Shown: positions 15,551 to 23,633 of the stretch, one piece after another | How positions within the stretch are numbered: the first letter of the stretch is position 1 | How the letters are laid out: every line of letters starts with the position of its first letter | Origin: a bacterium | GTDB taxonomy: Bacteria; Patescibacteriota; Minisyncoccia; Phycocordibacterales; Phycocordibacteraceae | Length of the DNA stretch: 50,940 bases | Reading direction: 5' to 3' | Assembly (NCBI GenBank): GCA_023269085.1 | Contig: JAHFML010000001.1 | Coordinates: 256,356-307,295, forward strand | The notes under the pieces: model-generated | Told to the model about the DNA's origin: nothing | Database searches by the model: none | The model's input: the letters and a program-made list of their open reading frames with translations, nothing else | Program-made: the position numbers and the translations under genes

Positions 15551-16210
15551 TCAAGCGACCATACGCACATGGTCGGGGATTTCTTCACGAATCTCCTCAT
15601 CTTCGTTAGAGGCATCATTCGCCGCTTCATTTGCCGCCTCTTCCTTCATGCGAGCTTGGGAGAGCTGTGCGGCTTGTGCTTGACGTTCGCGAAGTTGTTC
15701 GGCGGCATGAGCTTTCTTCCAAGCCACGAGCGCCACGTGCTCTTTTTTTATTTGTGCTCGATAGAGCCGCCATAAGCTGAGTGAGAAGGTCGGGATGGTC
15801 CCGATGAAGGGGACCTCAGCCAGCATGAAGCCGCCAATGAACCAGAGCTTGCTCGTGGCGCTCGTCTTGAAGAGCCGCGGATTCGTGGTGAGTATCAGCA
15901 TACCGAGCGCGAGGAAGCCGATAAGGCCGAAGGCGATTGACATGACCGTTCCGAATGCGGCAAGCGGCGCGAGCGCAATCGAACCAACGACGGCCGCAGC
16001 ACCGACACAGGCGGCCTGAAGAGCCACGCCGATGAACCAGATATTCCCGACCTTCGACGCGCAGTAGGCAGCGAGGAGCGCCGGCCCGAAGAACCAGAAC
16101 AGCTCGAAGAACATGCGGAGAGCGTCGAAGACGATGGCGAGCGCGAGAATCGGCGTAGCCTTTCCCCACGTCATCGCCTTCGGCGGCTTGCTAGGATTGA
16201 CGCGAGGCAT
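15551..16210 (-). CDS. polytopic membrane protein with charged C-terminal coil (possible VirB6-like channel component)
   Basis: Four to five hydrophobic segments, then KKEHVALVAWKKAHAAEQLRERQAQAAQLSQARMKEEAANEAANDA. Overlaps the virB4 end by 20 nt. The VirB6 analogy rests on position only. Confidence 0.6.
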   Translation of the reverse strand: MPRVNPSKPPKAMTWGKATPILALAIVFDALRMFFELFWFFGPALLAAYCASKVGNIWFIGVALQAACVGAAAVVGSIALAPLAAFGTVMSIAFGLIGFLALGMLILTTNPRLFKTSATSKLWFIGGFMLAEVPFIGTIPTFSLSLWRLYRAQIKKEHVALVAWKKAHAAEQLRERQAQAAQLSQARMKEEAANEAANDASNEDEEIREEIPDHVRMVA

Positions 16211-18017
16211 AGCGGCTCTTCTCCTGCTTTATCGCGAGGAGTTGGGAGGGATCGGAGGTAATAATCTGGTCTTCGGTATAGCTCGCGACGATCTTTATCG
16301 CGACGTGCTTCATGCCCGCGAAGAAGAGCCCCTCCCCCACTCCGGCCTCAAGCAGAAGATATTTTTCTTCGTCGGTGAGGCTGAAGGTTTGTTGGAGGAC
16401 GTCAATAGTCGTCGGCGACTGTTTGAGGAGCATCTGGAGCGATGAGTTCGTGAGGATAGGTCGACCATAAGGGCTCTTCAAGAAGTCTTCGACGTCTTGG
16501 GTAATGGTGCAGACGCCGAGATAATATTTGCGGCCGCGCTTTGCGAGGCTGTAGAGGAAGGAGGCGGTGTCCTCGCTCTTCATCATCCACCACGCCTCGT
16601 CGATGATGAGGAGGCGCTTCTTCATCTCGTGGCGCACGGCGTTCCAGATATAGTGCGTGATGACGTACATAGCGATCGGCTTCAGCTCGTCCTCCATGTC
16701 GCGCACCGAGAAGACCGCGAACTGCTGCTTCAAGTCGATGTTGGTCGGCTGATTCATGAAGCCGGCGTAGGTGCCGCGGGTGAACTTCGAGAGACGCTCG
16801 ATAAGCGACTCGCTCCCCTCCATGCCCGAGAGCACCTGCTCGAAGTCGGAGAGCAAGGGCGGCTCCATGCCAGTGAAGTCGACGTTGCCCGTAATGTCCT
16901 TCAAGGCGTAGGTCTCGCTGATAGCGCGGTCGACGATAGCATCCTCCTCAGGCGAGAGGCCGGAGAGCATGATACGGAAGAGGCCCACGAGCGCGATAAT
17001 GTTGCTGCGCAGGATGTCCTTCGGGTCCTCCCCTTCCTTGACCGGCGGGAGGTCGAAGGCGTTGATGTGGTTGTCCGAGGAGAGCGAGATGTTGAAGGAT
17101 CGGCCGCCCGTCGCCTCGGCGAGTTGCTCATATTCGCGCTCAGGGTCGATGACGATGACGTCGGTGCCGAACATGAGGGAGCGGAGAATCTCAAGCTTGG
17201 TGGCGTAGCTCTTACCCGAGCCGGACTTGGCGAAGACGACCGAATTGTAGTTCTCAAGGGAGAAGCGGTCGAAGAGGATAAGCGACGCGTTGTGGCGGTT
17301 GATGCCGTAGAGGATGCCACGGTCGCTCGTGAGGTCGAAGGAGACGAACGGGAATATCGAGGACAAGGGCGATGAGTTGAGCTTCGAATTGACGAGGAGC
17401 TCGTCGGTGCCGATAGGCAGGCACGAGCGGAAACCCTGCTCCTGCTGGAAGAGGGCGGGCTTGGTGTAGACCAACTTCGCATCGAGGACTCCGCGGATAT
17501 CGCCCTCGGTCTTGGCTATATCCTCTTTCGTGTCGCCGTAGAGCGCAAGGTAGAGTCCGACATCGAAGAGCTTCTCTTGAGCCTGTTGGAGATTGTCGCG
17601 CAGGCTCTCAAGGTCCTGGTAGGCCGTGTCGAGGAGCGGGTCGCGGACGAGACCCTTCGCTTCCCTCTCGTTGATCTGGCTCTGGACCTCAGCGACCTTC
17701 TTCTGGAAGGCGTGGAGCGCCTGTTCGGTATCGACCGGATGGATGAAGATGGAGACATCGAGCACCTTGTCGAGATTGATGACCGGCGAGAACCAGCTGT
17801 CGGAGAGGAACCGCGGGTAGGAGATGGTATAAAACGTGCGTACGAACTTCTCGCCAAGCTCGAGCTCTCTTGAGCCGATCTTGAGCGCGGTCGGTGCTAT
17901 CGTGTCGACCAAATCGAGCGTGCTCTGAGCGTAAATATCCTTCGGTAGGACCGGCATGATCGACGGCGCCGTGTCGGCGGGGGTATTCTTGCGGTTGAGG
18001 AAATCAAGAAGGGACAT
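16191..18017 (-). CDS. virB4: VirB4/TrbE-family T4SS ATPase
   Basis: Walker A VFAKSGSGKSYATK, Walker B LLIIDEAWWMM, ..RKYYLGVCTITQDVEDF. 608 aa, with an N-terminal membrane-proximal domain typical of VirB4. Confidence 0.85.
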   Translation of the reverse strand: MSLLDFLNRKNTPADTAPSIMPVLPKDIYAQSTLDLVDTIAPTALKIGSRELELGEKFVRTFYTISYPRFLSDSWFSPVINLDKVLDVSIFIHPVDTEQALHAFQKKVAEVQSQINEREAKGLVRDPLLDTAYQDLESLRDNLQQAQEKLFDVGLYLALYGDTKEDIAKTEGDIRGVLDAKLVYTKPALFQQEQGFRSCLPIGTDELLVNSKLNSSPLSSIFPFVSFDLTSDRGILYGINRHNASLILFDRFSLENYNSVVFAKSGSGKSYATKLEILRSLMFGTDVIVIDPEREYEQLAEATGGRSFNISLSSDNHINAFDLPPVKEGEDPKDILRSNIIALVGLFRIMLSGLSPEEDAIVDRAISETYALKDITGNVDFTGMEPPLLSDFEQVLSGMEGSESLIERLSKFTRGTYAGFMNQPTNIDLKQQFAVFSVRDMEDELKPIAMYVITHYIWNAVRHEMKKRLLIIDEAWWMMKSEDTASFLYSLAKRGRKYYLGVCTITQDVEDFLKSPYGRPILTNSSLQMLLKQSPTTIDVLQQTFSLTDEEKYLLLEAGVGEGLFFAGMKHVAIKIVASYTEDQIITSDPSQLLAIKQEKSRYASRQS

Positions 18018-18022
18018 AGTAT

Positions 18023-18658
18023 TTATGAATCAAGACGGATCGGGTTTTCAAGCTCGCCCGGGTTGAAGGAACGGTAGAGAAGCTCGATAACCTCTTCGGT
18101 GCCGAGTGGCGTCGCGCGCACGCCCATGTTCGCGAGGCCGGCCATGACGAGCGAGAAGCGCTGTTCGAGCTGGGCGCGGTCCTCTTCGAAAGCGAGGTCG
18201 CCGGACACATCCTTCTTCTTCGTGTCAGCGTGCTGTAAGAAGCCGGTTGCGCTCGCAGTCGTGAGGTGTGGGGCATAGGAGACGACGACATAGAATGACT
18301 TGGTCATGATGTTCGTCTGGTCGGCAAAGGTGTTGATGAATTCGATGTACTCGCGGAGCTGGATGCGCATGAGCTCGGTCTTCTGATCGACCATCTTCTC
18401 TTCAAGAATGCTCAGATACGGGCGCAGGTCCATGCGCCGCGAATTGATGACGATCTGTATCGAGAAGTCGAGTGTGTTGAGGAAGTTCTGGAAGCCGAGC
18501 GTGATAGCCTCCTGTTCATCGCGCGATTTGAGGCCGAAGTTGACTGCCGAACAGATAAGGACGCCGCGGTAGCCGCCCTGCTTGAGCACCATGATGCCAT
18601 TCCGAATCTCTTTGATCGGGACGAACGCTTGCGTCTTTCCGGCGTGCGAAGTATCCAT
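18023..18658 (-). CDS. protein resembling the VirB4 N-terminal domain, without the ATPase domain
   Basis: FVPIKEIRNGIMVLKQGGYRGVLICSAVNFGLKSRDEQEAI..FSIQIVINSRR..SFYVVVSY parallels the order of elements at the N-terminus of the adjacent VirB4. ATG 18658 lies 1 nt after the prgI-like stop. Confidence 0.6.
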   Translation of the reverse strand: MDTSHAGKTQAFVPIKEIRNGIMVLKQGGYRGVLICSAVNFGLKSRDEQEAITLGFQNFLNTLDFSIQIVINSRRMDLRPYLSILEEKMVDQKTELMRIQLREYIEFINTFADQTNIMTKSFYVVVSYAPHLTTASATGFLQHADTKKKDVSGDLAFEEDRAQLEQRFSLVMAGLANMGVRATPLGTEEVIELLYRSFNPGELENPIRLDS

Positions 18659-18659
18659 G

Positions 18660-19088
18660 TTATATCGGGCGGCGGGCGGTGATCGAGGCGCCTGGTCGGA
18701 CATCGAGCGACCATGCGAGCTCAGAGAGCTTCCCGCGCGTAAGCCGCGCGTTCCGTATCGGAGTCGGGGTTACATCGGGCTGGACGGGCGTTTCGTTCTT
18801 CACGACGGGCGCGGCCTGCTTCCAGATCAGCAGTTTAGCTCCGGCGGTGTAGTTGAATGCCGCCTCGAGTATCTCGATGAACGGCTTGCCGTTCACCCTG
18901 TAGAACGCGAGAGCGGCGCCGAGCCCGGCGACGGGGAGTGAGAAGAGGAGCGCGAAGAAGAAGCTGAAGTAGGAGAAGAAGATGACGCAGAGCCCGCCCG
19001 CGCCAGCGATATAGATGAATTGGCGCAGGGTCAAGGGCCCGATGATCTTGTCTTCGACCTCAATAAATTGCGGAACCTGGTACTCCAT
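18660..19088 (-). CDS. PrgI-family (VirB3-like) membrane protein
   Basis: MEYQVPQFIEVEDKIIGPLTLRQFIYIAGAGGLCVIFF.. is the characteristic PrgI-family N-terminus, followed by two TM helices. Confidence 0.75.
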   Translation of the reverse strand: MEYQVPQFIEVEDKIIGPLTLRQFIYIAGAGGLCVIFFSYFSFFFALLFSLPVAGLGAALAFYRVNGKPFIEILEAAFNYTAGAKLLIWKQAAPVVKNETPVQPDVTPTPIRNARLTRGKLSELAWSLDVRPGASITARRPI

Positions 19089-19095
19089 TCCTTCT

Positions 19096-19104
19096 AGTAT
19101 ATCA
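19096..19104 (-). promoter_or_regulatory. TGATATACT extended -10-like motif, 7 nt before ATG 19088 (T4SS-like operon promoter)
   Basis: Plus strand reads agtatatca. Lies inside the 3' end of the M50 protease gene. Confidence 0.45.
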
Positions 19105-19728
19105 GGAAGCGCCGGTGATGAGATTGAAAATCCAGAGGACAAGATTGAAGAAGGGGCCAGAGAGGAGCGTCGAGAAGACGATGAGGAAGAGGACGAGCGT
19201 AATGAATCCCATGTGCCGGAGCGTGGTCTCGAAGTGATTGAGTCGTTGTGTTAGGTGCCACGGGAGCGCCGATCGGAGCGCGACGAAGCCGTCGAGCGGC
19301 GGGAACGGGATGAGATTGAAGAGGCCAAGAAATAAATTCGTGAAGGCGATAAGCGCGGCGAGCGTGAGAGCCGAAGCAGGAAGATTCGTGCCAAAGCGGA
19401 TGATAAGGCCGAATATGAGCGCGAGGGTGAGATTGGTCGCGGCGCCCGCGAGCGCGACGATCGTCTCGCCCCAGCGCTTGTTCGTCAGGTTGTAGGGGTT
19501 ATAGGGCACCGGCTTCGCCCAGCCGAAGAGGAGCGACGAGCCCGAGAAGATGAGGAGCGCGGGGATAACAACAGAGCCCATGAGGTCGATGTGCGGGAGC
19601 GGGTTGACGGTGAGACGGCCAGCCAAGCGCGCGGTCGGGTCGCCGAGCGCGTCGGCGGCGTAGCCGTGCGCCACCTCGTGGGCGATGACCGAGAGGATGA
19701 GGATGATGAGAGAGAAAAAGGTGACCAT
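19102..19728 (-). CDS. site-2 protease family (peptidase M50) membrane metalloprotease
   Basis: HEVAHGYAA (HExxH) in TM1, ..NPLPHIDLMGS.., multiple TM segments, NLIPFPPLDG motif. 208 aa. Confidence 0.85.
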   Translation of the reverse strand: MVTFFSLIILILSVIAHEVAHGYAADALGDPTARLAGRLTVNPLPHIDLMGSVVIPALLIFSGSSLLFGWAKPVPYNPYNLTNKRWGETIVALAGAATNLTLALIFGLIIRFGTNLPASALTLAALIAFTNLFLGLFNLIPFPPLDGFVALRSALPWHLTQRLNHFETTLRHMGFITLVLFLIVFSTLLSGPFFNLVLWIFNLITGAS

Positions 19729-19748
19729 GTTGCTCGATTTCTAGTCTA

Positions 19749-19757
19749 TGCTACCAT
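19749..19757 (+). promoter_or_regulatory. TGCTACCAT extended -10-like motif, 9 nt before rpmB ATG
   Basis: Direct reading. Confidence 0.4.
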
Positions 19758-19766
19758 ACCACCACT

Positions 19767-20009
19767 ATGGCACGAGCATGTGAAGTTACCGGTAAGAGCA
19801 CGCAAGTCGGCGGGCGGTACAGCAACCGCGTCCGCGCGACGCAGTTCAACCCGACCGGTAAGGTGCGCCGCAAGGCGAATCTCCAGAAGCGCCGCATCTA
19901 TGTCCCCGAGATAGGTAAGACCGTCGTCGTCGACCTCTCGATGAAGGGCCTCAAAACTATCAAGAAGAACGGCGCCTTCGCGACCTTGAAGAAAGCCGGG
20001 GTTATTTAA
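19767..20009 (+). CDS. rpmB: 50S ribosomal protein L28
   Basis: MARACEVTGKSTQVGGRYSNRVRATQFNPTGKVRRKANLQKRRIYVPE.. 80 aa. Confidence 0.9.
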   Translation: MARACEVTGKSTQVGGRYSNRVRATQFNPTGKVRRKANLQKRRIYVPEIGKTVVVDLSMKGLKTIKKNGAFATLKKAGVI

Positions 20010-20028
20010 TCTGTGGTATAGTAGTCGT

Positions 20029-20208
20029 ATGACTACGACAATGGCGAATGAAATACGGTCGTTCGTGCGCGAGAGCGTACATGAAGAGGTTGTGGCGACC
20101 TTGAGAGAAATTCGCGCGTCGCTCGTTCCCTTTGTCTCAAAAAGCGAAGCGGCTGAAATAAAAAAACTCTACAAGAAGCCGTCTCGGGAAGTGGCGCGAA
20201 CACTCTGA
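20029..20208 (+). CDS. candidate 59-aa protein
   Basis: MTTTMANEIRSFVRESVHEEVVATLREIRASLVPFVSKSEAAEIKKLYKKPSREVARTL. TGGTATAGT sits 6 nt upstream of the ATG. Just below the track cutoff. Confidence 0.35.
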   Translation: MTTTMANEIRSFVRESVHEEVVATLREIRASLVPFVSKSEAAEIKKLYKKPSREVARTL

Positions 20209-20253
20209 ATGAATAATGGAAGAGTTAATTACTAAGATGTCATCTTAAAACGG

Positions 20254-20766
20254 CTATCTTAGTGTAAAGGTCGTGCCATTAGGAGTGTAGGTGCCGGCGG
20301 GAGTCGAGGAGGAGATGGTGAGAGAGGCCGCGTCATATGAGATGGTGGCGACGCCCGAGGCGACGGGCGTGATGAGGATAGTTTTGTCGAAGATTATGGG
20401 CGCACCATAGGGCCGGTCGCGCTCGCCTATATTGAGCACCTCGCCGACCTTGTAACGGTCGCGGATAAAGGGGAGGCCACCGACATTTTTTGCCGAGTCG
20501 CCGGTGAGCAGGATTGTGTCGAGCGAGCGTTGCCACATAGGGAGCGCGGCGCCGAGCGCGCGGAGAATACTCGCGTCGCTTCCCGTGTCGATGAGCAGGG
20601 TCGCACCCGAGGGCGCTTGCACGAGAGTCGCGCTCCCCTTCCCCACGGTGAAAACCGTCGCGGTAAGGAGGCGCGGCGTGAGGACGCTTCTATATATAGT
20701 GTAATTCGCGACGAGGAGAGCACAGAAGATGAGTGCATATCCCAGAGTCGGCATCGTTCGCGGCAT
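20254..20766 (-). CDS. membrane-anchored ComEC-type metallo-beta-lactamase-like domain with degenerate active site
   Basis: VFTVGKGSATLVQAPSGATLLIDTG and LDTILLTGDSAKNVGGL align by eye to the ComEC MBL motifs (fLdVGqGda..LiDtG; lilTHxHxDHxGG), but HxHxDH is replaced by GDSAKN. Confidence 0.6.
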   Translation of the reverse strand: MPRTMPTLGYALIFCALLVANYTIYRSVLTPRLLTATVFTVGKGSATLVQAPSGATLLIDTGSDASILRALGAALPMWQRSLDTILLTGDSAKNVGGLPFIRDRYKVGEVLNIGERDRPYGAPIIFDKTILITPVASGVATISYDAASLTISSSTPAGTYTPNGTTFTLR

Positions 20767-20767
20767 A

Positions 20768-20776
20768 TGCTACATT
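20768..20776 (+). promoter_or_regulatory. TGCTACATT extended -10-like motif, 8 nt before sod ATG 20785
   Basis: Direct reading. Overlaps the start of the divergent gene. Confidence 0.4.
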
Positions 20777-20784
20777 CTATATCT

Positions 20785-21372
20785 ATGACCTACCCGACAA
20801 AAACATTCAATCTTCCGGTGCTGACAGGGATTTCAGAGAAGCAGGTGCAGGTGCATCTCGCGCTCTATGCGGGCTATGTGAAGCAGGTGAATCTCATCAG
20901 GGAGAAGATTCAAGAATTGAAAGATGCGAGTGTCGATACATATGTCATTGCCGAGTTGCGTCGGCGCTTCGCTTTTGAGTTCGGCGGCATGCGGATGCAC
21001 GAATATTATTTCGAACAGTTTGAGCAAGGTCCGACCTCACTCATTGAAGGCGGCGCATTCGCCGATGCGATTGGCGAGAAATATGGCGAGCAGTCGCTCG
21101 AGGCGCATGTGCGCGAGGTCGCGGGCAGTCGGGGCATCGGCTGGGTCGTGGTGTATGCCGACCCGGTGGCAGGCACACTGCACACGGTCTTCGTGAACGA
21201 TCATGAGGTGGGTCAGCTCGCGGGCTTGCCTATCCTCCTCGCGCTCGATCTCTGGGAGCATGCCTACATGGTCGACTATGTGCCGGCCGAGAAGAAGAAT
21301 TATATCGACGCGTTTTTCGCGAATCTCAACTGGAGCGTGGTCGAGAAGCGCTTTGATGAAGCGATGCGGTAG
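20785..21372 (+). CDS. Fe/Mn-family superoxide dismutase-like protein
   Basis: ..VQVHLALYAGYVKQVN.., FEFGGMRMHEYYF, LALDLWEHAYMVDY, YIDAFFANLNWSVVEKRF (SOD C-terminal signature). The track ORF has a spurious N-terminal extension. Confidence 0.75.
   Translation: MTYPTKTFNLPVLTGISEKQVQVHLALYAGYVKQVNLIREKIQELKDASVDTYVIAELRRRFAFEFGGMRMHEYYFEQFEQGPTSLIEGGAFADAIGEKYGEQSLEAHVREVAGSRGIGWVVVYADPVAGTLHTVFVNDHEVGQLAGLPILLALDLWEHAYMVDYVPAEKKNYIDAFFANLNWSVVEKRFDEAMR
21313..21366 (+). repeat. 54-nt direct repeat, copy 1 (functional sod 3' end)
   Basis: tttttcgcgaatctcaactggagcgtggtcgagaagcgctttgatgaagcgatg matches 23668..23721 with 3 mismatches. Confidence 0.9.
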
Positions 21373-21440
21373 AGAGGAATAAAACAGGAAAACATGTACG
21401 CAAGGTGCCCTGACGCGTGTGTTATGATAACGTCACAATC

Positions 21441-22175
21441 ATGAAACTGAAGGTCAGCATCAGTTTTGTTGTTATTGCGGTATTTGCAATAGCGAGTTGG
21501 TTTGTCTGGCAACGGGGACAGGCACCCAATTCGATTTCTTCAGCAATTCCGACCACGTCACAAACAACAAGTACAGTTACGGATATTGATTTCTCCAAAC
21601 TCGAGAAAGACCGTCTCTATACCGAAGAAGAAGGATCGTACTCGAATTTGCCTGCTGTGGGGAAAAGGGTGTTGTGGGCGGCGCTCGCGCCGCAATGCAT
21701 CGCCAACCCTGATGGCAACCACTGTGGTGACTGGAAGCAGACGATAGTTAACAGCAGTATCGTTGCGGTTAATAATAGTATCCTCCTCATGGAGATTCCT
21801 TCTGGAAAAGGAAGTTCCGGTTATTTACTATACGACCTAAAACAGAAAAAACAGCTAGGTGATACCCTTTCGTATTTCGGCACAAAAATAAGAAACGACA
21901 TGTTCATTGTGTATATAAATAATATGCCCGATAAGACCCAAGAGCTTCTCTATTATCGACCGGGAATGACGGCGTTCGCCCCTGTTCAAGGCTCAGACAT
22001 ACCTTCTGCCGAATCGTATTGGTACTACGGTGGCATGGGTAGTTTGATCTCAGAGGCCATGTTTACAGGAAACGTGCTGAACATAGTTCTTTTTACCGAA
22101 TGGAAGGGTGAAATAGGTTTGACTGTGCCGAAGAAGATTAAGACAGCCATGTTTGATCTAAGTCTTTCCCAATAA
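21441..22175 (+). CDS. membrane-anchored hypothetical protein (cassette cargo)
   Basis: MKLKVSISFVVIAVFAIASWFVW TM anchor. Low-GC coding (about 42% by spot count). No motif recognised. Confidence 0.6.
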   Translation: MKLKVSISFVVIAVFAIASWFVWQRGQAPNSISSAIPTTSQTTSTVTDIDFSKLEKDRLYTEEEGSYSNLPAVGKRVLWAALAPQCIANPDGNHCGDWKQTIVNSSIVAVNNSILLMEIPSGKGSSGYLLYDLKQKKQLGDTLSYFGTKIRNDMFIVYINNMPDKTQELLYYRPGMTAFAPVQGSDIPSAESYWYYGGMGSLISEAMFTGNVLNIVLFTEWKGEIGLTVPKKIKTAMFDLSLSQ

Positions 22176-22177
22176 AA

Positions 22178-22201
22178 ACACCCGCGCCATGGCGCGGGTG
22201 T
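22178..22201. terminator. bidirectional hairpin between convergent cassette genes
   Basis: acacccgcgcc at ggcgcgggtgt, with an A-run on one side that gives a T-run for the minus-strand gene. Confidence 0.6.
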
Positions 22202-22230
22202 TGGACTCATTGAGAGTCATAAAGAACAAG

Positions 22231-23574
22231 TTACAGCTGGCAGTTGTCCCACAAGCAGACGTTTTTCATACCAGTTGCCGCTTCGAGCGGATCGGCGCCG
22301 TATTCGCCCTTCCAACCATACGGATCGACCACTTTGTAATCGTTGATTGAAGTACCAGACGAGCCAGACACACGTTTCAAGACTTCGAAGTGGAGGTGAG
22401 GACTTCCTTGTACGCCCGTGTCACCGCTCAAGCCAATCACCGCACCTTTCATCACTGTGTCACCTGAATACACAGAACGTGTATTGAGATGAAGGTACTG
22501 CGTTATATAACCATTTCCATGGTCAATACCCACAGCACCAAACGCATCGCAACTAGAAAGACCTTTAGGTATGCATCGCTGTCCGGCGAAGTTGACCACC
22601 GTTCCCGTGGCAGCTGCTTTCACTGGTGTGCTGTAGTAAGCTCGGTAATCGTATCCCGGGTGAGCTTCGTAATTCAAAGCAACACCAGCAACACAATTAC
22701 TTGATCCACTACCGACAGTGCCACTGTAAAGACTAGTGAGTAGCGTTGACCACGTCGCGTTGCCTTTCTTCGAATAACACGCTTGTGGTGCCGTGCTTGG
22801 GTAAGCTGACGTTGCGTCAAACTCCTCTCCGGTAAAAGCGACGATCACACCATCTTTGCCGCTGTATACCGCGTTCATGTGATAGTCCACAACGCTGACA
22901 AGTCCTTGCGGCGTGTACGCACCATATGTATACGCAATATTTCCCGTACCAGAACAGTTGGGCGTGCTACATTCAAGCGGAAAGCCCAGATTCGCCCCGT
23001 TGTAGGTGACCACAAGCATCGGCCGGTAGAACGGGATGCTGTAGTCAGAACTCCGGAATACGTTGAACTGGTTGTTGGTACCAGCAGGCAAGAATACGAA
23101 CCCGTCATTTACATAGGTACCATTCTTCCATCCGTTGTAGATGCTGGTGATGTTGAGGCCATACCACGAATTGGGCGTTGGTGCAGGCACCGTGCCCAGG
23201 CTGTACCCTTGCAACTGGGTATAGTAGTCCTGACTCGTCTCACTCCACGGAGTCGTGAGCAGGTAGAGCGGCATAGCCACCGGTGTAGAAGAATCGCCGC
23301 GCGGGTATGCATACAGCCACATCACTGCTGAGGTGGCTGTCTGAGGGAGACCAGAGAGGTCAAATTGTATGAACATACGGTGCTGATCGCCCCAACCGCC
23401 GACTTGGAGCTTACTGTCATCAACGGATGTCCTGTTGTAGCTCGACGAGAGCCACATATCTTTCCCTGGTGACGAGCCGGGTTGAAACAGCACCTGATCA
23501 GCAAATACACCAGTCGTCATCGCCAAGCAGCACAACAGCAACAACATTTGCAGTACCTTGAACAAGTTTCTCAC
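22231..23574 (-). CDS. secreted M23-family metallopeptidase with N-terminal DNRLRE-like domain
   Basis: Signal peptide ..LLLLCCLAMTTGVFA. N-terminal ..KLQVGGWGDQHRMFIQFDLSGLPQTATSAVMWLYAY..TTPWSE. M23 motifs HPGYDY and GSPHLHFEV. GTG start with AAGGAGA 6 nt upstream. Confidence 0.8.
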   Translation of the reverse strand: MRNLFKVLQMLLLLCCLAMTTGVFADQVLFQPGSSPGKDMWLSSSYNRTSVDDSKLQVGGWGDQHRMFIQFDLSGLPQTATSAVMWLYAYPRGDSSTPVAMPLYLLTTPWSETSQDYYTQLQGYSLGTVPAPTPNSWYGLNITSIYNGWKNGTYVNDGFVFLPAGTNNQFNVFRSSDYSIPFYRPMLVVTYNGANLGFPLECSTPNCSGTGNIAYTYGAYTPQGLVSVVDYHMNAVYSGKDGVIVAFTGEEFDATSAYPSTAPQACYSKKGNATWSTLLTSLYSGTVGSGSSNCVAGVALNYEAHPGYDYRAYYSTPVKAAATGTVVNFAGQRCIPKGLSSCDAFGAVGIDHGNGYITQYLHLNTRSVYSGDTVMKGAVIGLSGDTGVQGSPHLHFEVLKRVSGSSGTSINDYKVVDPYGWKGEYGADPLEAATGMKNVCLWDNCQL

Positions 23575-23633
23575 AGCACTTCTCCTTTATTGAAAGAACA
23601 AGTCGCGCACAATTGCGCGACTTAGTGAGCGTA

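Noticed and set aside
16497-17375. 292-aa plus-strand ORF and the 193-aa minus-strand alternate frame (16901..17482)
   Set aside because: Both overlap the VirB4 ATPase gene, whose frame carries Walker A and B. These are shadow ORFs.
20767-20784. Alternative sod start at ATG 20767 (MLHSISM..)
   Set aside because: It would abut the divergent gene start at 20766 and lie upstream of the TGCTACATT motif. ATG 20785 fits the recurrent motif-spacer-ATG pattern. This remains uncertain.
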